In this document: in pieces, positions 8,062 to 15,656 of the stretch | How positions within the stretch are numbered: position 1 is the stretch's first letter | Layout: each line of letters begins with the position of its first letter | Virus record (IMG/VR): IMGVR_UViG_3300010151_000008 | Coordinates: 1 to 64,000 of that record | From: a virus | DNA length: 64,000 bases | Reading direction: 5' to 3' (one strand) | Translations under genes and position numbers: made by a program | Notes under the pieces: model-generated | What the model was told of the DNA's origin: nothing | What the model saw: the letters and a program-made list of their open reading frames with translations, nothing else | Databases searched by the model: none

Positions 8062-8569
8062 TACTCGAAAACAACGTTATGACAAAAAACTTAAAAATGC
8101 CACGAAGTATCCGATTAGCCTCTGCGCTATTAACTTTCGTGTCGACGACAATTTTGGCTATCTTGTTAGGGCTGCCGCTTGCTTTGGCGCTGAAAGGATT
8201 TATGTTATTGGACACCTTCCTGACCGTCGTGCAGTAAAGGCATCATCTGGGAGCCTTATAGATTATGTGGAACTTATCCAGTTTTCTTCGCCGTATGAGT
8301 TTCTCACTTCCATGGAAGTCGGAAAAACTCAGATCGTATCTGCAGAACTGGCGGAAGGAGCTAAATCCCTTTCTTCTTATAATTTCAATTTTGATCGCCC
8401 TGTTTGTTTGGTTGTTGGCAACGAAGAGACTGGAGTCCCTGTTGATATTCTTCAGCGGTCCGAAGTAGTGCAGATAGATATGCCCGGCGTAGGATTCTGT
8501 CTTAATACAGCTCAGGCCGCCAATATATTACTTTATGAAGCCGTTAAACAATACAATGAAAAGAGATAA
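8045..8569 (+). CDS. SpoU/TrmH-family (SPOUT) RNA 2'-O-methyltransferase
   Basis: NFGYLVRAAACFG, LVVGNEETGV and IDMPGVGFCLNTAQAANILLYE are SPOUT motifs 1-3. Confidence 0.9.
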   Translation: MNHRSNTRKQRYDKKLKNATKYPISLCAINFRVDDNFGYLVRAAACFGAERIYVIGHLPDRRAVKASSGSLIDYVELIQFSSPYEFLTSMEVGKTQIVSAELAEGAKSLSSYNFNFDRPVCLVVGNEETGVPVDILQRSEVVQIDMPGVGFCLNTAQAANILLYEAVKQYNEKR

Positions 8570-8572
8570 ACA

Positions 8573-8653
8573 ATGGGTATCCTAGCTTTTTTGTTGTTTG
8601 TGGGGGTTGGGATTCTTATAATAGTACATCTACACCTGGAAAAAAATGACTGA
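8573..8653 (+). CDS. 26-aa single-pass membrane peptide (not in ORF track)
   Basis: MGILAFLLFVGVGILIIVHLHLEKND* fills the gap between neighbouring genes. Confidence 0.4.
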   Translation: MGILAFLLFVGVGILIIVHLHLEKND

Positions 8654-8855
8654 AATAGGTAAAGACGATATAATCTTACAGGCAGCTATAGAATTTGGTC
8701 CTGATTACTTGTATAGTATAAAAGACAGTAACATGGGACCAACACTGTATGTGGAAGTTAACAACAAGGACGAATCGAACCGAATGAGAAAAGAAATTCC
8801 TCATTCATACGAAGGGCTAAGAACTATTGTGATTTGCAGCGAAAGGATAAATTAA
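8646..8855 (+). CDS. Hypothetical protein
   Basis: 69-aa ORF in operon context. Confidence 0.6.
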   Translation: MTEIGKDDIILQAAIEFGPDYLYSIKDSNMGPTLYVEVNNKDESNRMRKEIPHSYEGLRTIVICSERIN

Positions 8856-8861
8856 CAAGAC

Positions 8862-9269
8862 ATGACAAAGTGGAGCGACAAGACATTATTAAAATCAATA
8901 GCCAACCCATCGGGGGACGGGTACGAGATCAATATTAAGAATCCAGAGATTACCTTTATAGGAGTAAAAGACCAGCCGGATTTTGCTACTGTATACCTTA
9001 TTTTTTATCCTAAAAATTCTGTTATTGAATTAAAATCATTAAAGAGGTATTTTCAAAATTTTAGAAACACACTAGTATCTTATGAGCGGTTAATAAATGT
9101 AGTTTATGATGACCTGATAGAGGTCTATGATCCAAATCGCCTAAGAATCGAAATGGAATTTAGGCCCCGAGGTGGTATTTCTTCTCGGCTTGTGATAGAT
9201 TCTGATTGGTCTATTAGAGGGGGAGCCGAGAAGTTTAAAGATTGGGTTGGGAGAGAAAATCAATGGTAG
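8862..9269 (+). CDS. queF: QueF-like T-fold protein (preQ0 reductase homologue) lacking the catalytic Cys
   Basis: NP...PE-x-T...QPDFATV...ELKSLKRY...YE...F-x-PRGGI match unimodular QueF; the protein contains no cysteine. Confidence 0.8.
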   Translation: MTKWSDKTLLKSIANPSGDGYEINIKNPEITFIGVKDQPDFATVYLIFYPKNSVIELKSLKRYFQNFRNTLVSYERLINVVYDDLIEVYDPNRLRIEMEFRPRGGISSRLVIDSDWSIRGGAEKFKDWVGRENQW

Positions 9270-9297
9270 CCGGCCTGCAACAAAATAAAGATTAGTG

Positions 9298-9326
9298 TTG
9301 ACTTTGTTGAGCTAATAGGATAAAAT
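9298..9326 (+). promoter_or_regulatory. sigma70-type promoter, probably giving a leaderless mRNA
   Basis: TTGACT-17 nt-TAAAAT; ATG 9333 starts 7 nt after the -10 box with no SD. Confidence 0.65.
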
Positions 9327-9332
9327 AACAAT

Positions 9333-9608
9333 ATGACAGGTGATCTTGGATTTATCATAGCTAGCGCCGCCGTCGTTATGAGCACAGCAGTGCTGTTAAC
9401 GGGAAAAAGCATTTTTGAAGAACAAAGGCTAGCTATGCAAAAAATATGGTCTCGCCTCCGCTATTTGGAGGTCGCCATGTCCTATCACGATATGGTGCCC
9501 CTTCCGTGGGAAAATGAAGAATTTAACGAGAAATTTGAAGACATGGAAAAGACTCGTAAATTTAAGCGCGCCGGAAACGTCGTTTATATGGAACAGGAGG
9601 GCGACTAA
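9333..9608 (+). CDS. Membrane-anchored hypothetical protein
   Basis: N-terminal TM helix; C-terminal GNVVY motif. Confidence 0.65.
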   Translation: MTGDLGFIIASAAVVMSTAVLLTGKSIFEEQRLAMQKIWSRLRYLEVAMSYHDMVPLPWENEEFNEKFEDMEKTRKFKRAGNVVYMEQEGD

Positions 9609-10072
9609 TGCGGTGTAGCTCAATGGTAGAGCATTCGGCTGTTAACCGAAGGGTTGCAGGTTCGAGCCCCGCCGCCGCAGCCATTCTCATGCTTTTTGTT
9701 CTTGGGGGGTGTTTTTTCACCTATGATGATGGACGCCGCGACGGTACCATCTCTTCTCACGAATATTATGATTATTATCCTTACATTATAGATGTAGGGT
9801 GGGACTGTTACGACGGGGGCCCCTTTGACGACTGGTATTTTTTGGCCCGAACTGATCATACATATGATTGGTATCAAATATACTACTTGAGGATTACGAT
9901 GTATTCCCTGTATGAAACAGAAGTTTTTGAATTTAAGGAGTACGACCACACGCGCGGCTACTTTGAGACTGACACTAATTTGTATAGAATTCAGTGCGGA
10001 GATCCTGTCGACATAGAATACACAGTTGTTGACAGAGACGGAAATTGGGAAAGTTTTACGCTTTACTGGTAA
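9608..10072 (+). CDS. Putative lipoprotein whose 5' end overlaps the tRNA-Asn
   Basis: AGGAGG SD 7 nt upstream, TAATG coupling, lipobox LGG-C at codon 35, Tyr/Asp-rich mature domain. Confidence 0.7.
   Translation: MRCSSMVEHSAVNRRVAGSSPAAAAILMLFVLGGCFFTYDDGRRDGTISSHEYYDYYPYIIDVGWDCYDGGPFDDWYFLARTDHTYDWYQIYYLRITMYSLYETEVFEFKEYDHTRGYFETDTNLYRIQCGDPVDIEYTVVDRDGNWESFTLYW
9609..9683 (+). tRNA. tRNA-Asn (GTT)
   Basis: Acceptor TGCGGTG/CGCCGCA, D-arm GCTC-AATGGTA-GAGC, anticodon arm TTCGG-CTGTTAA-CCGAA, T-arm GCAGG-TTCGAGC-CCCGC (one A-C mismatch), G73, encoded CCA. Confidence 0.9.
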
Positions 10073-10092
10073 ATAAGAACTAAGGAGAAGAA

Positions 10093-10590
10093 ATGGCTAA
10101 TAGAACCCCCTATACTACAATTATGCTTTCTGGAGGATTTGATCCTCTACACATCGGTCATGTGCGTATGATATTGGCCGCGGCTGATTTGGGAAACGTT
10201 ATCATAGCGACCAACAGCGATCGATGGCTTATGAAAAAAAAGGGATATATTTTTATGCCCTGGGAAGAGAGAGCAGAGGTTATCAGAGCTGTTAGAGGCG
10301 TGGAAGATGTTATACGAGTTGATGATACGGACGGCACTGTATGTGCAGCCCTCCGCCGCGTCAAACCAGACATATTCGGTAACGGCGGAGACCGTACTAA
10401 AGACAACACTCCAGAAATGGAAGTGTGCAAAGAATTAGGTATTGAAATGGTTTGGGGTCTGGGAGGCACTAAGATACAAAGTAGTTCCGATCTAGTACAA
10501 TCATCTAACTTGTCTCCCCCCTCTTATGACGAAGACAGCGAATTTTTGCAGCCCTCGTTAATATACGTTGCAGCAAAACCAAAAGAATAA
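10093..10590 (+). CDS. Cytidylyltransferase-like protein (HIGH superfamily; TagD/RfaE/RibL-like)
   Basis: SGGFDPLHIGH, NSDRWLMKKKG, GGDR, KIQSSS; AAGGAG RBS. Confidence 0.9.
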   Translation: MANRTPYTTIMLSGGFDPLHIGHVRMILAAADLGNVIIATNSDRWLMKKKGYIFMPWEERAEVIRAVRGVEDVIRVDDTDGTVCAALRRVKPDIFGNGGDRTKDNTPEMEVCKELGIEMVWGLGGTKIQSSSDLVQSSNLSPPSYDEDSEFLQPSLIYVAAKPKE

Positions 10591-10611
10591 ATTTTTGAAA
10601 AGGATTAAATT

Positions 10612-10932
10612 ATGAAGATAAATGTAGATTCGTCCCAAGATGGTGGCGCCTATTTTGTAAATTTTACACATGTCCGTGATGGAGATAATTATCATGCTTA
10701 CATCAAATTAGAAGATATAAAAGCATGGGAATCGGTCGCGGCCTCACGACGACACGACCGATCCACACGCTGGAAACTAACAACAACACAAGGAGATGTA
10801 TATTATACATTAAACAATTTTGATCATATAATGTCTACATCTAGATGGTTCCCTCGTCCTAAAGATGGATCTGGCTCTGGCCGCATTTCAGACTCTTATC
10901 TCTATACAGATGGAGAAGGGGAGATGAGCTAA
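10612..10932 (+). CDS. Hypothetical protein
   Basis: AAGGA RBS; 106 aa. Confidence 0.6.
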   Translation: MKINVDSSQDGGAYFVNFTHVRDGDNYHAYIKLEDIKAWESVAASRRHDRSTRWKLTTTQGDVYYTLNNFDHIMSTSRWFPRPKDGSGSGRISDSYLYTDGEGEMS

Positions 10933-11183
10933 TGCGCGAAAACCTTAAAGAAAACCTTAAACACCTTTTATCTGGTCTTTGGAATTTAACCCTAAGCTTA
11001 ATTGTATTGGGGTGCTTGGGCACAGTGGTGCTGATAGCATCTATTTTGGTTACCAATATAGCCAATGTGTGGCGTCTGACAGGATATTTAGATGTCACGT
11101 TTGGACTCAGCTGTATGATGCTGTATCTTATAGCGATTTGGGCACCCATTTGGGTGACAATTTACTTGAAGAATTCTAAATGA
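10932..11183 (+). CDS. Small two-TM membrane protein
   Basis: Two hydrophobic segments; TAATG coupling. Confidence 0.6.
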   Translation: MRENLKENLKHLLSGLWNLTLSLIVLGCLGTVVLIASILVTNIANVWRLTGYLDVTFGLSCMMLYLIAIWAPIWVTIYLKNSK

Positions 11184-11302
11184 TAGCTATAGAATTATGG
11201 TTTAACTGGAGGTCTTGGTATTGGGGCCGAGAACACAATGTTTTAGAAGTAAGAAGGAATATTTTTTCTTTCGGACCTATTAAAGTAGTATGGAATATCT
11301 AA
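11180..11302 (+). CDS. 40-aa Trp-rich peptide (not in ORF track)
   Basis: MIAIELWFNWRSWYWGREHNVLEVRRNIFSFGPIKVVWNI*; ATGA overlap with the previous stop. Confidence 0.45.
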   Translation: MIAIELWFNWRSWYWGREHNVLEVRRNIFSFGPIKVVWNI

Positions 11303-11311
11303 TTATATAAA

Positions 11312-12661
11312 ATGAGCAGAAAAAAAATCTATGTTATAGACACCAGTGTCCTGTTGACAAATGCCGACAGCATCTATAGTTATGGAAATAACGACTTGGT
11401 TATTCCTTTTAAAGTATTAGAAGAAATCGATAAGCACAAAAAGAGACAAGATGGTGTAGGGGCTCAGTCCCGGAAGATAATTCGCATCCTAGACGAACTA
11501 AGATCAAAGGGATCTTTGTTTAAAGGGGTGAGGATTAGAAAAGGAAAGGGATTAATTTATGCTTGGGCCGCGACCGGCCCGGGCCCGCACGGCGACACCG
11601 TCCTCCCGGACGACCTAGACAAAGCTATAGCCGATCATATTATTATAGCCACCGCCCTAACAGTTAAAAAGACACATCCAGATCGGAGAGTTATCATGGT
11701 GTCACGCGATATTAATATGCGCGTAATCTGTGACTCTTTGGGTCTTCCTACTGAGGATTTTATTAATCATCAGGTGGTTAAAGACAGCGACAGTATATAC
11801 ACAGGATTTATATCTCGTTTGGTGGATGATGAATTGATTGATAGATTTTATAACAGAGAAGAAATATATCTAGATCAGGAAGATATCAATTATCATCCCA
11901 ATCAATTTTTGATGTTGGTTTCAAGCGCAAATGAAAAGAAGACTGCGTTGGCAAAATTTATTTCCCACTCAATGCCGTTGCAACCACTTCGAAATTTCAA
12001 TAAAGGCGTGTGGGGCATTAAATCTAGGAATAAAGAGCAGTCTTTTGCCTTGGAATTGCTCATGGACCCGGGCGTTGAAATAGTAACACTAGTGGGGAAG
12101 GCCGGCTCGGGCAAAACCTTATGTGCAATCGCTGCTGGTCTTCAGCAAACTGTTGACGATCTTACGTTGAAGGGGGAACCCAGATACTCTAGATTGATAG
12201 TGTCGCGACCCGTACAACCCCTCGGAAAGGACTTGGGCTTTTTGCCCGGGACCATGGAAGAAAAAATGAAGCCATGGTTAGCCCCTATCCAGGATAATCT
12301 TCAATTTTTAATGGGAAACGACAAAACCACTTTGGAAATGTATTTAGATAGAGGGGTAATAGAGATCGAGGCCCTCACATATATTCGCGGCCGTTCTATT
12401 GCTAAAGCTTTAATTATAATTGACGAAGCGCAAAACTTGACAATCCACGAATTAAAGACTATAATAACTAGAGTAGGAGAAGGATCTAAAATTATCCTTA
12501 CAGGAGATGTAGAGCAAATAGATAATGCCTATGTGGACGAAACCACAAATGGGCTGACGCATGCTGTAGAAAAATTTAAGAAATTTGAATTAGCTGGCCA
12601 TGTTACTCTCACCAAGGGTGAAAGATCTAAGGTGGCCACCTATGCTGCTAAATATTTATAG
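11312..12661 (+). CDS. phoH: PIN-PhoH protein (PhoH2/YlaK type)
   Basis: N-terminal PIN (VIDTSVLL, EEID, D-x-x-I, SRDINMR); Walker A GKAGSGKT; LGFLPG; IRGRS; IIDEAQN; GDVEQID. Confidence 0.93.
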   Translation: MSRKKIYVIDTSVLLTNADSIYSYGNNDLVIPFKVLEEIDKHKKRQDGVGAQSRKIIRILDELRSKGSLFKGVRIRKGKGLIYAWAATGPGPHGDTVLPDDLDKAIADHIIIATALTVKKTHPDRRVIMVSRDINMRVICDSLGLPTEDFINHQVVKDSDSIYTGFISRLVDDELIDRFYNREEIYLDQEDINYHPNQFLMLVSSANEKKTALAKFISHSMPLQPLRNFNKGVWGIKSRNKEQSFALELLMDPGVEIVTLVGKAGSGKTLCAIAAGLQQTVDDLTLKGEPRYSRLIVSRPVQPLGKDLGFLPGTMEEKMKPWLAPIQDNLQFLMGNDKTTLEMYLDRGVIEIEALTYIRGRSIAKALIIIDEAQNLTIHELKTIITRVGEGSKIILTGDVEQIDNAYVDETTNGLTHAVEKFKKFELAGHVTLTKGERSKVATYAAKYL

Positions 12662-12675
12662 AACAGGAGAAAAAA

Positions 12676-12954
12676 ATGAATATAGGAGACAACCCCGAAC
12701 TTGAGAAAGTCGTAGAAGGAATAAACGATCTGAAAGCGTTCGTCATCAATTATGTGGGGAACAAACTAAAACCCGAAAATGAAGAAGTTACGGTTGAAAT
12801 GATCGTCCAAGTAATGGCCGAGGATTTTCCAGAGTTTCTGTTGGCCGTGGCTGAAGAAAATTGGATTCGCGGATACCAACAGGCCTTTGTCGATATGGAG
12901 GCTCACGACAAAGAACCCAAAGAGACCGAATCGCAAGAAGATGAAGACGAATGA
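12676..12954 (+). CDS. Acidic hypothetical phage protein
   Basis: AGGAG RBS; AEENWIRGYQQA motif. Confidence 0.65.
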   Translation: MNIGDNPELEKVVEGINDLKAFVINYVGNKLKPENEEVTVEMIVQVMAEDFPEFLLAVAEENWIRGYQQAFVDMEAHDKEPKETESQEDEDE

Positions 12955-13621
12955 TCCCGCGGCTCTTTTAAGAGAGAGTGTCGAGAGAAACAAACAATAC
13001 CATATCAATACTAATATTCCGGTGGTGATCAAAGATGGGTTCATCTCTGACGAAGTGGATTTAGATGAATTTGTACATTCGATTAATGCTCGAATCCCCG
13101 GGCACTTACTTCAAGACGTTGAAATGGTATATATAGGAGAATTCCCTGAGTTGGCCGGCCGGAATGCGGCCTTTCTTGACGGGGCGATTTATATATCTAA
13201 TGAGGAGCCTACAACTTATGATATGTTAGAAGATGCCATTCATGAAATAGCGCATTCCATAGAGATATCAGCATCTTCAGTCGTATACGAAGACGGGCTT
13301 CTTGAGAAGGAATTTCTCAGCAAAAGAGAAAAACTGAAAAGCATATTAGATGCTCATGGTTACGAATTTCCCGAAAGATTATATTACGACACCGAATATC
13401 GCTCAACATTTGATGAGTTCTTATACAGTGTAGTGGGATACCCGACGTTGTTAACATTAACAATAGGACTTTTTGCTTCTCCATATGGGGCCACTTCGTT
13501 ACGCGAATATTTTGCCAACGGATTCGAAAAATATTACCTGGGAAACACAAAATTGGTTAAAGATGTGAGCCCAGTATTGTATAATAAATTAAATACCTTG
13601 CACACAGAAAGCGAACGCTAA
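12941..13621 (+). CDS. Zincin metallopeptidase-like protein (anthrax lethal factor C-terminal-like pattern)
   Basis: HEIAH plus LREYFANGFEKYY...SPVLYNKL; start placed at ATG 12941. Confidence 0.65.
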   Translation: MKTNDPAALLRESVERNKQYHINTNIPVVIKDGFISDEVDLDEFVHSINARIPGHLLQDVEMVYIGEFPELAGRNAAFLDGAIYISNEEPTTYDMLEDAIHEIAHSIEISASSVVYEDGLLEKEFLSKREKLKSILDAHGYEFPERLYYDTEYRSTFDEFLYSVVGYPTLLTLTIGLFASPYGATSLREYFANGFEKYYLGNTKLVKDVSPVLYNKLNTLHTESER

Positions 13622-14386
13622 TTGCCCCACATATCATACTCAGAACTTAAGAATTGGGAATTTTGCCCCCTTTACCACAAGCTGGTACACATAGATGGGA
13701 TTAAAGCATTCAAGGGCAATGAATATACAGCCTTTGGAACAGCCATACATGATGTTTGCGAGAAACAGCTTCTTAAAGAAGAATTTAATCCGTCACAAGT
13801 TTTTGTAGAAAAATTTAAAGGCGCCCTTAATACCCTGGAAGATGGAAACGTTAAATTTAATCTTAGCCGAGCCATGGAAATGGTACCGCAGGGAATTGCG
13901 ATATTGCCAGAGATAGAGCCGGCCCTGGTCGACTACTTTGGAGAAAGCTTTGAGGTGTTTTCTAGCGAAGAAAAGCTGATGGTTCCGATCGATGACGATT
14001 TAGATTTTAAGGGATATATTGATGCGGTTATAAAAACTCCGGATGATAAATATCATGTTGTTGATTGGAAAACGACGTCGTGGGGATGGGACCAGCGTAG
14101 ACGTTCAGATCCAATAGTAAATTATCAGCTGACTTTGTACAAGCACTTTTTTTGCAAGAAGCATAACATTGACCCAAAAAATGTTGAAACTCACTTTGCT
14201 CTTCTTAAGAGAACGGCCAAAAAAGATAGAGTAGAATTCTTCCGCGTAACAAGTGGAGAGAAAAAAACTAAAAATGCACTTAAGTTATTGGACATAGCGA
14301 TTTATAATATCAACAAGAAACGATATTTGAAGAAGCGCACTTCATGCAATAACTGTGCTTTCAATATGACAAAAGAATGCCCTTAG
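13622..14386 (+). CDS. PD-(D/E)XK (RecB/Cas4-like) exonuclease with Fe-S cysteines
   Basis: ISYS...CP; FGTAIH; GYIDAV...VVDWKT; QLTLY; C-terminal CNNC...CP. Confidence 0.88.
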   Translation: MPHISYSELKNWEFCPLYHKLVHIDGIKAFKGNEYTAFGTAIHDVCEKQLLKEEFNPSQVFVEKFKGALNTLEDGNVKFNLSRAMEMVPQGIAILPEIEPALVDYFGESFEVFSSEEKLMVPIDDDLDFKGYIDAVIKTPDDKYHVVDWKTTSWGWDQRRRSDPIVNYQLTLYKHFFCKKHNIDPKNVETHFALLKRTAKKDRVEFFRVTSGEKKTKNALKLLDIAIYNINKKRYLKKRTSCNNCAFNMTKECP

Positions 14387-14396
14387 GAATATAACT

Positions 14397-15656
14397 ATGA
14401 CAGAAAAAAAGATAAAGATTCTCACTCTTGGAGATCACCCGTTGTCTCCATCTGGAGTGGGGACACAAACAAAATATATTATCGAAGGAATGCTCAAAAC
14501 TGGAAAATACCAATTTGTCTCCTTCGGTGGCGCTATGAAACATCACAATTATCAGGCTCAAAAGACTGAGGAATGGGGCGACGATTGGCTCATCTTTCCC
14601 GTTGATGGATATGGTTCGCATGAACAAATCCGCGGCGTTTTATTTCAACAGCGCCCTGATATATTGTGGTTTATGACCGACCCTCGCTTTTACGGATGGC
14701 TTTGGCAAATAGAAAATGAGATAAGAACCCACATTCCTATGATTTATTATCATGTGTGGGATAACTATCCTTATCCAAAGTTTAATCATGCCGCCTATTC
14801 GTCGAATGATTATATCGCGTGCATCTCCAAAGTCACTCACGATATAGTAACGACGGTTGCGCCCGATGTGGCGTCTAGTTATGTTCCTCACGCGGTTGAT
14901 GAGAAAGTATTTAAGAAATTGCCAACCGATGAAGTATTAAGGTTCCGTCTAGCTAATATAAAAAAACCCGAGAGAATGATCTTTTTTTGGAACAATCGAA
15001 ACGCAAGACGCAAGCAGTCGGGCACCCTTATTTGGTGGTTTAAAGAATTTTTAGATAAAATAGGTCATGACAAAGCTACGCTATTGATGCACACAGACCC
15101 AAAAGATGTGAATGGTCAAGACTTAGAACATATCATAGGAGAGCTGGGTCTAACAAGCGGCCAGGTGATGTTTTCCAAAGAAAAACTACCTCCCCAGAAT
15201 TTAGCTATGATGTATAACATGGCCGATTGTACGCTTAATATTGCTGACGCTGAAGGATTTGGGTTAGCCACCCTAGAGTCTCTCGCATGTGAAACACCAG
15301 TTATAGTAAATATGACGGGCGGCTTGCAGGAGCAAGTAACAGATGGAGAAAATTGGTTTGGTATCGGATTAGAACCAGCATCTAGAGCCATTATAGGCTC
15401 ACAAGAGGTGCCTTATATCTACGAAGATCGTCTCAACAAAGATGATTTTATCAACGCTCTAACTGAATTTTATAATCTCTCGCCGGCCAACCGCGCCGAG
15501 ATGGGACGAAAAGGGGCCCACCACGTAAAAACCCATTATAATTTTGATAAGTTTATAACGCAGTGGGAAAATGTTTTTACAGAAGTGCACAATTCTTGCG
15601 GTTCGTGGGACACACGTAAAAATTACCAATCATATGAGTTGAGGGAAATCAAGTGA
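14397..15656 (+). CDS. Glycosyltransferase, GT-B/GT4 family
   Basis: RNARRKQ; YNMADCTLNIADAEGFGLATLESLACETPVI. Confidence 0.9.
   Translation: MTEKKIKILTLGDHPLSPSGVGTQTKYIIEGMLKTGKYQFVSFGGAMKHHNYQAQKTEEWGDDWLIFPVDGYGSHEQIRGVLFQQRPDILWFMTDPRFYGWLWQIENEIRTHIPMIYYHVWDNYPYPKFNHAAYSSNDYIACISKVTHDIVTTVAPDVASSYVPHAVDEKVFKKLPTDEVLRFRLANIKKPERMIFFWNNRNARRKQSGTLIWWFKEFLDKIGHDKATLLMHTDPKDVNGQDLEHIIGELGLTSGQVMFSKEKLPPQNLAMMYNMADCTLNIADAEGFGLATLESLACETPVIVNMTGGLQEQVTDGENWFGIGLEPASRAIIGSQEVPYIYEDRLNKDDFINALTEFYNLSPANRAEMGRKGAHHVKTHYNFDKFITQWENVFTEVHNSCGSWDTRKNYQSYELREIK

Noticed and set aside
13622-14386. Cas4-like nuclease as evidence of a CRISPR-Cas system
   Set aside because: No repeat-spacer array or other cas genes seen. 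Stand-alone Cas4-like nucleases are common in phages.
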